64,000 nucleotides of DNA from an uncultured Alistipes sp. (GCA_900770635.1 CAAGLB010000078.1:59857-123856); one strand, 5' to 3'. Shown: positions 39,421 through 50,043, counted from the first letter of the stretch. Notes: generated from the letters alone by a model not told the origin. A program made the numbers and translations.

Positions 39421-40485
39421 ATACTCTTTGGCAACAGTCTCACCCTTCAAAACTCGAAGTGCGTTCTCTGCCAACGACTCAAGCTCGTTCTCGCCAGGAT
39501 AGATCTTGATAGGAGCAAGGAACTTACAGTAGTCGATGATAACATCGTTAACGCAGTCGTTCCAAGCGATACCACCTGTGAGAAGGATAGCATCAACCTT
39601 ACCCTTTAATACAACAGCCATCTCGCCGATGTACTTAGCAACAGAGTAAGCCATAGCGTCGAGCATGAAGCGAGCCTCCTGGTCGCCATTTGCTGCACGT
39701 ACCTCGTTGAGCTCCTGAACATTGTTGCAGTTTACGTGGTCAACAAGACCGCCCTTACCTGCCAACAACTTCTTGATCTCAGCCTTGTCGTACTTGCCTG
39801 AGAAGCAGAGGTCAACAAGGTCGCCTGCTGGCAAGCAACCAGCACGCTCTGGAGCCAATGGGCCATCGCCATCGAGTGCGTTGTTAGTATCAACAACACG
39901 GCCCTGGAGGTGAGCAGAAACAGAGATACCGCCACCCATGTGTACAACAACAAGGTTGAGCTCCTCGTAAGGACGACCTACCTCCTTAGCATAGCGGCGA
40001 GCGATAGCCTTCTGGTTCAAGGCGTGGAAGATAGAGCGACGTGGAAGCTCCTTAAGACCGCTAACACGTGCCATATCCTGCAACTCATCAACAACAACAG
40101 GATCAGCGATATAAGCCTCAACGCCTGCCTCGTCAGCAATGCGACGAGCGATGAGTGCGCCAAGGTTACTTGCATGCTGGCGCTTAGGTGCTACGAGGTC
40201 AGCAATCATAGCCTCGCCAACACGGTAAACACCACCCTCGATAGGACGCATCAAGCCACCACGACCGATGACAGCATCCAACGACTTAAGCTCGATGCCA
40301 TCAGCCTTCATTGCGTCGAGGATAATCTGCAAACGCCACTCGAGCTGGTCAGCAACAGAGGCAAACTGCGCAATCTCCTCGGCAGAGTGGCTGAGCTTCA
40401 AAGTCTTAACCTGCTCCATGTCCTCAAACACAGCAACCTTAGTAGAGGTAGAGCCTGGGTTAATTGTCAATATTCTGTAAGCCAT
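39418..40485 (-). CDS. buk: Butyrate kinase
   Basis: 355 aa. N-terminal ILTINPGSTSTKVAVFED ASKHA-family motif typical of Buk. Confidence 0.8.
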   Translation of the reverse strand: MAYRILTINPGSTSTKVAVFEDMEQVKTLKLSHSAEEIAQFASVADQLEWRLQIILDAMKADGIELKSLDAVIGRGGLMRPIEGGVYRVGEAMIADLVAPKRQHASNLGALIARRIADEAGVEAYIADPVVVDELQDMARVSGLKELPRRSIFHALNQKAIARRYAKEVGRPYEELNLVVVHMGGGISVSAHLQGRVVDTNNALDGDGPLAPERAGCLPAGDLVDLCFSGKYDKAEIKKLLAGKGGLVDHVNCNNVQELNEVRAANGDQEARFMLDAMAYSVAKYIGEMAVVLKGKVDAILLTGGIAWNDCVNDVIIDYCKFLAPIKIYPGENELESLAENALRVLKGETVAKEY

Positions 40486-40513
40486 AATGTTAAGCTATTA
40501 ACTTAGTTCAAAA

Positions 40514-41416
40514 TTATTTTGCTGACAAGCAAGCCAAAGCGATTGAGTAAAGCTTAGTCTTAGTTGAGTCGCCACGTGAAGTGAGTACACATGGAGCAGT
40601 AGGACCAGCAACCATAGCTGCAAGCTCAGCGCCACCAAACTTAGAGCAAGCCTTGAAGAATACGTTACCTGACTCGAGGTTAGGGAACAACATACAGTCT
40701 GCGTCACCAGCAACAGGACCTGTAAGCTTCTTAATCTTAACAGACTCCTCGTCGATAGCTACGTCCAATGCCAAAGGACCCTGGAACAAAGCGTTGCCAA
40801 GCTCGCCAGCCTGACCGAGGTCAGAGAGCTCCTTAGCCTCAACTGAGCTAACAACCTTTGGAAGAAGCTGCTCTGATGGAGCAAGCAAAGCCACCTTAGG
40901 CTGCTCGATGCCGAGGTTGTTAGCAGTCTGGATAAGATACTTAGCAATCTGCTTCTTCTGCTCGAGTGATGGGCATGGAAGAACAGCTACGTCGCTCACT
41001 ACAAGAAGCTTGTGGTAAGCAGGAACCTCCAAAACTGTAACGTGGCTAAGAACAGTGCCCTGTGGCAACAAGCCCCACTCCTTGTTCAAGATACCACGCA
41101 TATACTTATCTGTTGGCACAACGCCCTTCATCAAAACGTCGTACTCGCCATTGTGAACAGCCTTAACTGCAATCTCAACAGCCTTAACATCCTCAGACTC
41201 AGGGATGATAGTATACTGGTTGATATCTACGCCCTCAGCCTCGCAAGACTTCTTAATCTCCTCAGGGTCACCAACCAAAGTTACGTCAGCAAGACCTGCC
41301 TTGATAGCCATATCGGTAGCACCGATAGAGTGAGTATCCTGACCGTAAGCCACAATCATCTTCTTCTTACCACGTGCGACAGCTGCCGCTACGAGCTCGT
41401 CCAAATGCTTAATCAT
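40514..41416 (-). CDS. ptb: Phosphate butyryltransferase (phosphate acyltransferase family)
   Basis: 300 aa Pta/Ptb-fold. Its size and position directly upstream of buk favour Ptb over Pta. Confidence 0.7.
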   Translation of the reverse strand: MIKHLDELVAAAVARGKKKMIVAYGQDTHSIGATDMAIKAGLADVTLVGDPEEIKKSCEAEGVDINQYTIIPESEDVKAVEIAVKAVHNGEYDVLMKGVVPTDKYMRGILNKEWGLLPQGTVLSHVTVLEVPAYHKLLVVSDVAVLPCPSLEQKKQIAKYLIQTANNLGIEQPKVALLAPSEQLLPKVVSSVEAKELSDLGQAGELGNALFQGPLALDVAIDEESVKIKKLTGPVAGDADCMLFPNLESGNVFFKACSKFGGAELAAMVAGPTAPCVLTSRGDSTKTKLYSIALACLSAK

Positions 41417-41518
41417 AGTAGTTTTAGTTTTATTGTTAGTTAAATTTATACGAATAAAGTAGTGTTGCGCTCAAAATCCGTTAAATCTATGTTAAAGAAT
41501 TTGAGCTATTTTTAGGCT

Positions 41519-41578
41519 TGCTGCTAAAGGCAAACCGCAGCATACTGGGGCGTATGTGAGGATTTGCCTTTAGCAGCA
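41519..41578 (-). promoter_or_regulatory. Long perfect hairpin between ackA and ptb (processing/attenuator candidate, not a canonical terminator)
   Basis: 16-bp perfect stem TGCTGCTAAAGGCAAA / TTTGCCTTTAGCAGCA enclosing a nested CATAC..GTATG sub-hairpin. No adjacent T-run on either strand. Confidence 0.5.
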
Positions 41579-41597
41579 TAACGCCAAAAGAGCCAAA

Positions 41598-42806
41598 TTA
41601 TTTGGCATTGACCAAGCGGAAGGTATCTTTTGCAATAACCAACTCCTCATCAGTGCAAATAACGGCAGCCTTAACACGTGAGCCCTCCTTAGAAATCTCA
41701 TAGTCTGTGCCACGCTTACCACGGTTACGAACCTCGTCGAACTCAAGGCCCATGAACTCCATGTTGCGCAAAACGTACTCACGAACCTCTGGAGAGTTCT
41801 CGCCAACACCACCAGTGAAGATTACGAGGTCAACACCACCCATCTCGGCAGCATACTCACCCACAAACTTCTTGATGCGGTTGCCATACATGTCACGAGC
41901 GATGATAGCACGCTCGTTGCCCTCATCGTAAGCAGCGTCGATATCACGCATATCGCTTGATATGCCTGTAAGGCCCTGAACACCAGACTTCTTATTGAGC
42001 ATGTTGTCGAGCTCAGCGTATGACATACCCTCCTTCTGAGCGATGTATGTTGCTGCGCTAACATCCATAGAACCAGCACGAGTACCCATCACAAGACCAT
42101 CGAGTGGCGAGAAGCCCATAGATGTGTCGTATGACTTACCATTCTTGATGGCTGTAACAGATGCACCGTTACCGATGTGGCAAGTAACGATTTTTGAGTT
42201 CTCGAAATCGAGGCCGAACATCTCAGCACCTACACGTGCAACAAACTTGTGGCTTGTACCGTGGAAACCATACTTACGAACACGATACTTCTCGTAGTAC
42301 TCGTAAGGGATAGCATACAAATAGTTGATCGCTGGAATAGTGTGGTGGAACGATGTGTCGAACACAGCTACCTGCTTAATACCTGGCAACACCTTCTCCA
42401 TTGAGAGGATACCCTCGAGGTTCGCTGGGTTGTGCAAAGGAGCGATAGTGTACAACGACTCGATCTTAGCCTTAACCTCCTCGTCAACGAGGCAGCTGTC
42501 GTGGAAGAACTCGCCACCATGTGCCACACGGTGACCAGCAGCCTTAAGCTCGTCGAGCGACTTGATTACGCCGTGCTTCTCGTCAGTAAGTGCGTCGAGA
42601 ACAAGACGAATACCTGTTGTGTGGTCAGGAATTGGGCAGTGAAGCTCAAACTTATCCTTACCCTGAGGCTTGTGAGTAAGATCACCCTCAGCCAAACCGA
42701 TACGCTCTACCAAGCCCTTGGCAAGTAGAGTCTGCGACTGCTCCTGAACATCGAGTACCTGGTACTTGATAGACGAGCTACCGCAGTTGAGAACAAGAAT
42801 TACCAT
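41598..42806 (-). CDS. ackA: Acetate kinase
   Basis: 402 aa. N-terminal ILVLNCGSSSIKYQV. Conserved ASKHA motifs throughout. Confidence 0.9.
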   Translation of the reverse strand: MVILVLNCGSSSIKYQVLDVQEQSQTLLAKGLVERIGLAEGDLTHKPQGKDKFELHCPIPDHTTGIRLVLDALTDEKHGVIKSLDELKAAGHRVAHGGEFFHDSCLVDEEVKAKIESLYTIAPLHNPANLEGILSMEKVLPGIKQVAVFDTSFHHTIPAINYLYAIPYEYYEKYRVRKYGFHGTSHKFVARVGAEMFGLDFENSKIVTCHIGNGASVTAIKNGKSYDTSMGFSPLDGLVMGTRAGSMDVSAATYIAQKEGMSYAELDNMLNKKSGVQGLTGISSDMRDIDAAYDEGNERAIIARDMYGNRIKKFVGEYAAEMGGVDLVIFTGGVGENSPEVREYVLRNMEFMGLEFDEVRNRGKRGTDYEISKEGSRVKAAVICTDEELVIAKDTFRLVNAK

Positions 42807-43179
42807 GTTGATATAGTTTTAGTTAAATACGTTGACTCCGTCAGTGAAGGGATAGCTTCCCCTTAAAACTCAACAAAGGTAATAATTTTAGTGCGATTCT
42901 CCAACTATTTATCACGTTATTTCAATGTTATTTTTCTAACAGCCAATTAAAGCGAAATAGTGGGTATTTTTTATTCTTATCTGAAGTGAAAATTTAGTCT
43001 TTAACCCACTTCTTATATATGCTATTTTTTGACAGTTTTACGCATACACCAAGCAGCATACGCAAAATAAAAGTAGGGCTTTGCTTCCACCTTTGAAAAA
43101 GATTTATTATATTTGCACGAATAAGTGCGTGTAGCACACAAGCGCACACGCACGATAACCAATCTAAAACACGAAAGCG

Positions 43180-45129
43180 ATGGCTACTGAAAAATTGAAC
43201 CTTACGGCTCCCGAGGAGCTTGTCGGCAATGTTGCCGAAGATGCGCAGACGACTTCTACGATCACTACCGAGACATCAACAACCGAGGCTCTTGATGCCG
43301 AACATCCCCACACTCAGTCGATGGGTGCCGAGTTTGCCGACGAGGAGGCAGCACTTGCCGCCGACGCAGCAGGACTACACATTGGCGACGAGACAAGCGA
43401 GGAAGAGGAGGCACAGCCCACAACAAACGACGACATCTCGGGACTCGACGAGGCAGAGCTCGTAGCACTCTTCGCCTCGAAGATTGAGTCGGAGCCAGTG
43501 CAGACTTTGCGTTCAACAGTTGAGGCCATAAAAATAGCATTCTACAAGCAGCACCGTGCAAAGGTGGAGGCCGAGAAGAAAGCCTTTATCGAGGCAGGTG
43601 GATCGGAGGAGGCATTCACCCCATCGGAGGATGCTTTCGAGCAGCGCTTCAAGGAGCTGTTCGCAATATATCGTGAGCAGCGTGACAAGCATATTGCCGA
43701 GATGGAGGCAGCAAAGGAGGAGAACCTCAAAATAAAGCTTCAGATTATCGACGAGCTCAAGGAGTTGGTAAACTCTGACGAGACAATGACAACCACATTC
43801 ACCCGTTTCCGTGAGTTGCAGACACGCTGGAAGGAGACAGGCCTTGTGCCACAGCAGAATGTGAAGGACTTGTGGGAGACATACAACCTCCATGTAGAGA
43901 ACTTCTACAACTTCATAAAGATAAACAAGGAGCTTCGTGACCTCGACCTTAAGAAGAACTACGAGATAAAGCTATCGCTCTGCGAGCAGGCTGAGGCTCT
44001 CACCCTCGACAGCCAGATTGTCGAGTCGTTCCGCAAACTACAGAAGCTTCACGACGAGTGGCGTGAGACAGGCCCTGTGGCTATCGAGTTCAAGGAGACT
44101 CTATGGGAGCGCTTCAAGGAGGCATCGAGCCGCATCAACAAGCGCCACCAGGAGTATTTCGAGGGCATCAAGGCTGAGCAGACCAAGAACCTCGCACTCA
44201 AGAGCGAGCTCTGCGAGAAGGTGGAGGCATTCACCCAGCAGTCGACACTATCACGCAAGGAGTGGAACAAGCTTAGCGACGAGTTGCTCGAGATACAGAA
44301 GATTTGGAAGACCATAGGCTATGCTCCAAAGAGGGACAACAACCGCATATATGAGCGTTTCCGTGCTGCATGCGACAAGTTCTTCGAGCTTAAACGTGAG
44401 TTCTACGCTGGCGTAAAGACCGAGATGGAGCACAACCTATCGCTCAAAGAGGAGTTGTGCGCCCAGGCCGAGGCATTGTCTGTATCGGAGGATTGGAAGC
44501 ATGCCACAGACGAGCTTATCGCCCTTCAGGCAAAGTGGAAACAGGTGGGCCCTGTAGCACGTCGCCACTCAGATGCTATATGGAAGCGTTTCCGTGCTGC
44601 ATGCGACAAGTTCTTCGAGCGCAAGGCAGCACACTTCTCGACTATCGACTCGGAGCACGAGGAGAACCTCAAACTCAAGCAGGCACTCTTGGAGGAGATG
44701 CGTGCAGCAGATGTTAAGGCTGGTGGCTTCGACCTTATCAAGGAGTTCCAGCGCCGCTGGAGTCAGATTGGCTTTGTGCCTATCAAGCACAAGGATGCTT
44801 TGCAGAAGGAGTACAAAACTATTGTCGACTCGATGTTTGGCGTACTTCGCTCATCGGAGCGTGACCGCTCGATGAACCGCTTTAAGGAGCGTGTGCAAAA
44901 CATGAAGAGTGGTCAGCAGCTACGCTCGGAGCGTGAGAAGCTATTCAACAAGGTGCGTCAGATGGAGCAAGACATTGCTACATTGGAGAACAACATAGGC
45001 TTCTTCTCGAAGTCGAAGAATGCCGATGCACTCATCGCTGACGTGCGTGAGAAGATTGAGCGCACAAAGCGTGACATGCAGCAGGTGATCGAGAAGATTA
45101 AGCTCATCGACCAGCAGGAGAACAACTAA
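43180..45129 (+). CDS. DUF349-repeat protein
   Basis: 649 aa. Acidic N-terminus, then more than 7 helical repeats with the recurring motif W..FRAACDKFFE(R/L)K. TATATTTG -7 motif at 43108-43115. Confidence 0.7.
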   Translation: MATEKLNLTAPEELVGNVAEDAQTTSTITTETSTTEALDAEHPHTQSMGAEFADEEAALAADAAGLHIGDETSEEEEAQPTTNDDISGLDEAELVALFASKIESEPVQTLRSTVEAIKIAFYKQHRAKVEAEKKAFIEAGGSEEAFTPSEDAFEQRFKELFAIYREQRDKHIAEMEAAKEENLKIKLQIIDELKELVNSDETMTTTFTRFRELQTRWKETGLVPQQNVKDLWETYNLHVENFYNFIKINKELRDLDLKKNYEIKLSLCEQAEALTLDSQIVESFRKLQKLHDEWRETGPVAIEFKETLWERFKEASSRINKRHQEYFEGIKAEQTKNLALKSELCEKVEAFTQQSTLSRKEWNKLSDELLEIQKIWKTIGYAPKRDNNRIYERFRAACDKFFELKREFYAGVKTEMEHNLSLKEELCAQAEALSVSEDWKHATDELIALQAKWKQVGPVARRHSDAIWKRFRAACDKFFERKAAHFSTIDSEHEENLKLKQALLEEMRAADVKAGGFDLIKEFQRRWSQIGFVPIKHKDALQKEYKTIVDSMFGVLRSSERDRSMNRFKERVQNMKSGQQLRSEREKLFNKVRQMEQDIATLENNIGFFSKSKNADALIADVREKIERTKRDMQQVIEKIKLIDQQENN

Positions 45130-45170
45130 CGAAATTACGACTAACAAAGAAGCACAAAAACATAGATGTT

Positions 45171-46796
45171 ATGAAACTATCTAAACCAAAGTACATTTTC
45201 GTGACTGGAGGCGTTGCCTCGTCATTGGGCAAGGGCATTATCTCTGCATCAATAGCACGCCTACTTCAGGCTCGTGGCTACTCGGTAACAATCCAGAAGC
45301 TCGATCCATACATCAATGTTGACCCAGGTACGCTCAACCCCTATGAGCATGGCGAGTGCTATGTAACTGAGGATGGCACCGAGACCGACCTTGATTTGGG
45401 CCACTATGAGCGTTTTACCTCGATACAGACAACAAAGAACAACAACGTTACCACAGGTAAGATCTATCAGTGTGTAATCGACAAGGAGCGTAGCGGTGAG
45501 TTCTTGGGTAAGACCGTGCAGGTTATCCCTCACATCACCGACGAGATTAAGCGTCGTGTGCAGCTACTTGGCGCAACAAAGAAGTACGACGTTATCATCA
45601 CCGAGATTGGTGGTACTGTAGGTGATATCGAGTCGTTGCCATTCATCGAGTCAGTACGTCAGCTTCGCTATCAGCTTGGCTACCAGAACACCGTGTTGGT
45701 GCACCTAACGCTCATTCCTTACATGGCAGCATCGGGCGAGCTTAAGACAAAGCCTACACAGCACTCTGTAAAGGAGCTCTTGTCATATGGTCTTCAGCCA
45801 GACATCCTCGTACTCCGCTCGGAGCACGTTCTTAGCGCCGACATTCGTCGCAAGGTAGCCTTGTTCTGCAACGTAGCACCTGAGGCTGTTGTCGAGTCTA
45901 TCGACGTGCCTACCATTTATGAGGTGCCTTTGCGCATGCACGCACAGAACCTCGATGGCGTATTGCTCGAGAAGCTCGGCTTGGAGTCGGAGCAGGAGCC
46001 AGACATGACAGAGTGGGAGGCATTTGTTGAGCGCATCAAGAACCCTAAGAGCGTCGTAGATATCGCCTTGGTGGGTAAGTACACCGAGCTTCCTGATGCC
46101 TACAAATCAATCAGCGAGTCGTTCATTCACGCAGGTGCTGTAAACGAGGTTAAGGTTAAGCTCCACTACGTGAACTCGGAGCGTCTAACGATAGACAACG
46201 TAAACGACTATCTCGGCAAGATGTCAGCAGTGATGGTTGCCCCAGGCTTCGGTAATCGTGGTATCGAGGGTAAGTTGGTTGCTGTGCGCTATGCTCGTGA
46301 GAATAATGTTCCATTCTTCGGCATCTGCCTCGGTATGCAGTGCGCCGTTATCGAGTACGCACGCAATGTCCTCGGCTGGGCTGACGCTAACTCGAGCGAG
46401 ATGGCTCAGACAAAGCATGCTGTAATCGACCTCATGGAGGAGCAGAAGAAGGTTACAGCCAAGGGTGGCACAATGCGTCTTGGTGGCTATCCTTGTCACC
46501 TCGCTAAGGGCTCACGTGTAGAGGAGGCTTACGGCACTCAGGATATCGTTGAGCGTCACCGCCACCGCTACGAGTTCAACAGCTCGTTCCTTGCCGACTT
46601 CGAGGCTGCAGGCATGAAGGCTGTGGGCTTGAACCCTGACACAGGCCTTGTTGAGGTTGTCGAGGTTCCAGCACACCGTTGGTTTGTGGGTACTCAGTAT
46701 CACCCTGAGTATCACTCAACAGCAGCTAACCCACACCCATTGTTCGTGCGTTTTGTGAAGGAGGCATTGGCATATCGTGACGAGAACAACAAATAA
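45171..46796 (+). CDS. pyrG: CTP synthase
   Basis: 541 aa. N-terminal KYIFVTGGVASSLGKGI synthetase domain. C-terminal glutamine amidotransferase with GICLGMQ. Confidence 0.95.
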   Translation: MKLSKPKYIFVTGGVASSLGKGIISASIARLLQARGYSVTIQKLDPYINVDPGTLNPYEHGECYVTEDGTETDLDLGHYERFTSIQTTKNNNVTTGKIYQCVIDKERSGEFLGKTVQVIPHITDEIKRRVQLLGATKKYDVIITEIGGTVGDIESLPFIESVRQLRYQLGYQNTVLVHLTLIPYMAASGELKTKPTQHSVKELLSYGLQPDILVLRSEHVLSADIRRKVALFCNVAPEAVVESIDVPTIYEVPLRMHAQNLDGVLLEKLGLESEQEPDMTEWEAFVERIKNPKSVVDIALVGKYTELPDAYKSISESFIHAGAVNEVKVKLHYVNSERLTIDNVNDYLGKMSAVMVAPGFGNRGIEGKLVAVRYARENNVPFFGICLGMQCAVIEYARNVLGWADANSSEMAQTKHAVIDLMEEQKKVTAKGGTMRLGGYPCHLAKGSRVEEAYGTQDIVERHRHRYEFNSSFLADFEAAGMKAVGLNPDTGLVEVVEVPAHRWFVGTQYHPEYHSTAANPHPLFVRFVKEALAYRDENNK

Positions 46797-46845
46797 GAGA
46801 ACAAAATACTCAATAATTCATAAAACTAAAGAGGTAAAAAATTAG

Positions 46846-48771
46846 ATGGATAAGAAGACGATTATTGGCCTTGTGCTGATGGTAGCAGTATTTGTCGGTT
46901 TCTCGTTCTACGAGAGCAAGCAAGCCGCAAAATACGACGAGTGGAAGAAGGGCCAAATTGAGATGCAGAGGGCTCTTGAGGAGCAGCAGAAGCAGGAGCG
47001 TATGGCAGAGGCTCAGCTAAGCCCCGAGAAGCGTGCCGAGCGTGACTCGCTGGAGCTTGTGCGATTGACAAATGCCGAGCTCTACAAATATGGAGCAGAG
47101 CTCAAGGCTGCACGTGACGCTAAGGGCGAAGTGTTTAGCGTAGAGAATGACGTTATCAAGGTAGACTTCTCGACTAAGGGCGGTAAGATTGCCAACGTAA
47201 CACTTCTCGACACACGCTATACACGCTATGCCGATGGCGAGCGCAACGAGCAGGTGGAGATGATGCAGCCCGAGCATGAGGCATTTGGCATCGAGCTTAA
47301 GTCGAAGATGGAGAATAGCACATTCTCGAGCGACGAGTTTACGTTCGACGTCGAGCAGCTCACGACAGAGGATGCTAAGGTTGTGCGCATGACACTTAAC
47401 ATGGCTGCGGATAGCTCGCTTACCTATGTATATAAGATATACACCACAGGTAACCCAAGCCGTGACTATCTCATCGACTTCGACATCGTGCAGAACAACA
47501 TAGCAAGCTACCTTAGCTCGAGCGAGGAGCTAAAGCTAAGATGGGCAAGCCGCACAAACAAGAATGAGCGTAGCTACCAGATGGAGAACCTCGCAACCAA
47601 CATCGTCTACTTCGAGGAGGGCGACATGGAGACTTTCGACGCTTCGGGCGAGAAGGAGAGGTTGGAGAACATCAGCTGGTTGGCCTACAAGCAGCAGTAT
47701 TTCACCTCAGCATTTATCTCGTCAGAGCCTTTTGCTGCCGATGCCGAGTTTAAGAACTCGACAAAGGAGGGCCAGGACTTTATGAAGGCCTTTACTTCGA
47801 CAATAAGTCTGCCTATAAGCAAGGATAAGTCGACATACAACTTTGCCTTCTACTACGGTCCTAACGACCTTAAGGTGATGGAGGATGTTGAGTTTGGTGG
47901 CGAGAATGCACATATCGACGAGATCATACCTCTTGGTGGCTGGCTTATCGGCTGGGTAAACCGCTACGGTACTGTGCCTATCTTCCAGTGGCTCAGCAAT
48001 CATGGCTTGGGCTTCGGCCTTATAATCCTCATTCTCACAATCCTCGTGAAGCTCGTCATCTTGCCGCTCACCTATAAGAGCTACATGTCAACAGCTAAGA
48101 TGCGTGCTATACGTCCCGAGATGGAGGAGATTGCTAAGAAGTATCCAAAACCTGACGATGCCATGAAGAAGCAGCAGGCTACGATGGAGCTATACCAGAA
48201 GGCGGGTATCAACCCTATGGGTGGCTGTCTACCATTGCTCATCCAGATGCCTATCTTGTGGGCGATGTTCCGCTTCTTCCCAGCAAGTATCGAGCTTCGT
48301 GGCGAGGGCTTCTTGTGGGCTAACGACCTGTCGTCATACGATAGCGTGCTACAGTTGCCTTTCAACATCCCATTCTATGGCGACCACGTGAGCTTGTTCG
48401 CCTTGCTCATGGCTGTGGCATTGTTCGGCTACTCGTTCCTTAGCTACAACCAGCAGGCAGCAACAACAGCAGGACAGCCAGGCGCTGGCATGATGAAGTT
48501 TATGATGGTCTACTTCATGCCACTCATGATGCTCTGCTTCATGAATAGCTACTCGGCAGGTTTGTGCTACTACTACTTCCTCTCGCAGATGTTCACCATG
48601 ATTATCATGTGGGCTATCCGCCGCACAGTGGACGACGAGAAGGTGCGTGCTAAGCTCTTGGCACACAAGCCCAAGAAGAAGTCACGCTTCCAGGAGCGCT
48701 ACGAGGAGGCTTTGCGACAGCAGCAAGACCAGATAACAATCAATCGTGAGCAGCGCCGCCAGAAGCGATAA
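46846..48771 (+). CDS. yidC: Membrane protein insertase YidC (long Bacteroidetes form)
   Basis: 641 aa. Large periplasmic domain, then the conserved 5-TM core (GWLIGWVNRYGTVPIFQWL .. LPLTYKSYMSTAKMRAIRPEMEEI). Confidence 0.85.
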   Translation: MDKKTIIGLVLMVAVFVGFSFYESKQAAKYDEWKKGQIEMQRALEEQQKQERMAEAQLSPEKRAERDSLELVRLTNAELYKYGAELKAARDAKGEVFSVENDVIKVDFSTKGGKIANVTLLDTRYTRYADGERNEQVEMMQPEHEAFGIELKSKMENSTFSSDEFTFDVEQLTTEDAKVVRMTLNMAADSSLTYVYKIYTTGNPSRDYLIDFDIVQNNIASYLSSSEELKLRWASRTNKNERSYQMENLATNIVYFEEGDMETFDASGEKERLENISWLAYKQQYFTSAFISSEPFAADAEFKNSTKEGQDFMKAFTSTISLPISKDKSTYNFAFYYGPNDLKVMEDVEFGGENAHIDEIIPLGGWLIGWVNRYGTVPIFQWLSNHGLGFGLIILILTILVKLVILPLTYKSYMSTAKMRAIRPEMEEIAKKYPKPDDAMKKQQATMELYQKAGINPMGGCLPLLIQMPILWAMFRFFPASIELRGEGFLWANDLSSYDSVLQLPFNIPFYGDHVSLFALLMAVALFGYSFLSYNQQAATTAGQPGAGMMKFMMVYFMPLMMLCFMNSYSAGLCYYYFLSQMFTMIIMWAIRRTVDDEKVRAKLLAHKPKKKSRFQERYEEALRQQQDQITINREQRRQKR

Positions 48772-48778
48772 AAAGATT

Positions 48779-48809
48779 GGGTGTTCCGTACGGGACACCT
48801 AATTTTTTT
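48779..48809 (+). terminator. Rho-independent terminator after yidC
   Basis: GGTGTTCCGTACGGGACACC hairpin followed by TAATTTTTTT. Confidence 0.65.
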
Positions 48810-48889
48810 ATAAGGGACTGCATAGTAGCTGGTTTATATCGTATGTCATTCTGAACGTAGTGAAGAATCTCTCAGCCGGAGAGAGTAGG

Positions 48890-48990
48890 TATCATGGGTA
48901 GAGTGGGGATGATGGGTAAAATAGGTAACGAAACTACCTATAGTACCCTATATACCCACTAATACCCATATTACACCCTGCAAGATGTTT
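48890..48990. repeat. TACCCAT/GGGTA-rich companion repeat, copy 2 (mixed orientation)
   Basis: ATGGGTAGAGTGGGGATGATGGGTAAAATAGGTAAC followed by TAGTACCCTATATACCCACTAATACCCATATTACACCC. Confidence 0.45.
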
Positions 48991-49037
48991 CGCATACGCT
49001 CAACATGACAGTCCAATTAGACTTATCATCGGAAATT

Positions 49038-49230
49038 AATTTTTGATTAGAAGGTAGTAGATACAACGCTCGACAAAAATCCCGACGATGGGCTGTACTC
49101 TAATTTTTGATTAGAAGTGTGCCGAGTGCTACACTCGGCAAAAATGGTGACGATAGGTAGTACTGAAGTACGTCCCATTGTCACCATTTTTTGTTAGGGG
49201 CCGCAATCGACCACTTATCATCAAAAATTA
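49038..49230 (+). mobile_element. MITE-like element, copy 4 (composite/variant TIR)
   Basis: Variant left end AATTTTTGATTAGAAGG, repeated internally at 49101-49117. Right end CCACTTATCATCAAAAATT. TA flanks. Internal hairpins GAGTGCTACACTCGGC and GTACT..AGTAC. Terminal TTA equals the stop of the XRE/S24 repressor gene. Confidence 0.55.
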
Positions 49231-49908
49231 CCCAATGGTGTGCATGCGGACAGAGGCTTTAATTAAAGCTATGGCACGTATGCGGCTGATCTCAACCTCC
49301 TTGTCAGCATGATGCTGATTCTGGCTTACGAGCTTGACATAGCCTTCGTGCTCGGACTTCTGAACATACTTAACAGTGATATACTCCTCGCCATCAATCT
49401 CGATGGAGAGAAGATACATGTCGCCCCAAAAGACATCACGAACATCGCTAAGCTGCTTATACAGAATAATATCGCCACTCTTGAGCAGCGGATACATCGA
49501 GTCGCCCTGAACATATATCGCACCATCGCACTTTGGCAAGTTAGGGATGTGGATGAAGTTGGCAGGGGTAATCTCGCTCTTAGCATCGAATATCGGCACA
49601 AGGCCCGCAGTACCCTCAATCGAGTAGAGAGGCACGCTCTGCAACGGCAGCGACTTGTCGGTGCGGTGGATGTAGGCCGTCATATCGGGCTCGGCGTTAA
49701 ACATCTTTCCCTCACCCGAATCCAACCAATCTGGGTTAATGTTCAAGTCTTGAACAAGGATGTTTTTGTTTCGCTGCGACAACCCAGCCTTACCTGTTTC
49801 GATCATCGAGAGTGCAGCCTTGCCAATGCCAAGTCGCTGAGCGAGTTGATCTTGAGTCATATTCAACTGCTTTCGCATAAGTCGAACACGCATTCCGACA
49901 GTTTCCAT
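49228..49908 (-). CDS. XRE-family HTH / S24 peptidase (CI/LexA-like self-cleaving) repressor
   Basis: N-terminal HTH_XRE (LMRKQLNMTQDQLAQRLGIGKAALSMIETGK). C-terminal S24 domain with Ser motif GDSMYP and Lys in ILYKQ. Confidence 0.8.
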   Translation of the reverse strand: METVGMRVRLMRKQLNMTQDQLAQRLGIGKAALSMIETGKAGLSQRNKNILVQDLNINPDWLDSGEGKMFNAEPDMTAYIHRTDKSLPLQSVPLYSIEGTAGLVPIFDAKSEITPANFIHIPNLPKCDGAIYVQGDSMYPLLKSGDIILYKQLSDVRDVFWGDMYLLSIEIDGEEYITVKYVQKSEHEGYVKLVSQNQHHADKEVEISRIRAIALIKASVRMHTIG

Positions 49909-50043
49909 ATAAAAAGATTTGATATTAAATTTTTGTACTAAACTATTGACAAATCAAGTTATTGAACGTATATTTGTACCACAAAGTTAAGCAATTTATT
50001 TTAAATTCCAATAATTTTATAACAAATTTACAAATAATCAACA

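Noticed and set aside
39418-42806. Calling the 300-aa gene pta rather than ptb
   Set aside because: The Pta/Ptb families are homologous. Its size (300 aa) and position directly upstream of buk favour phosphate butyryltransferase. Residual uncertainty is reflected in the confidence score.
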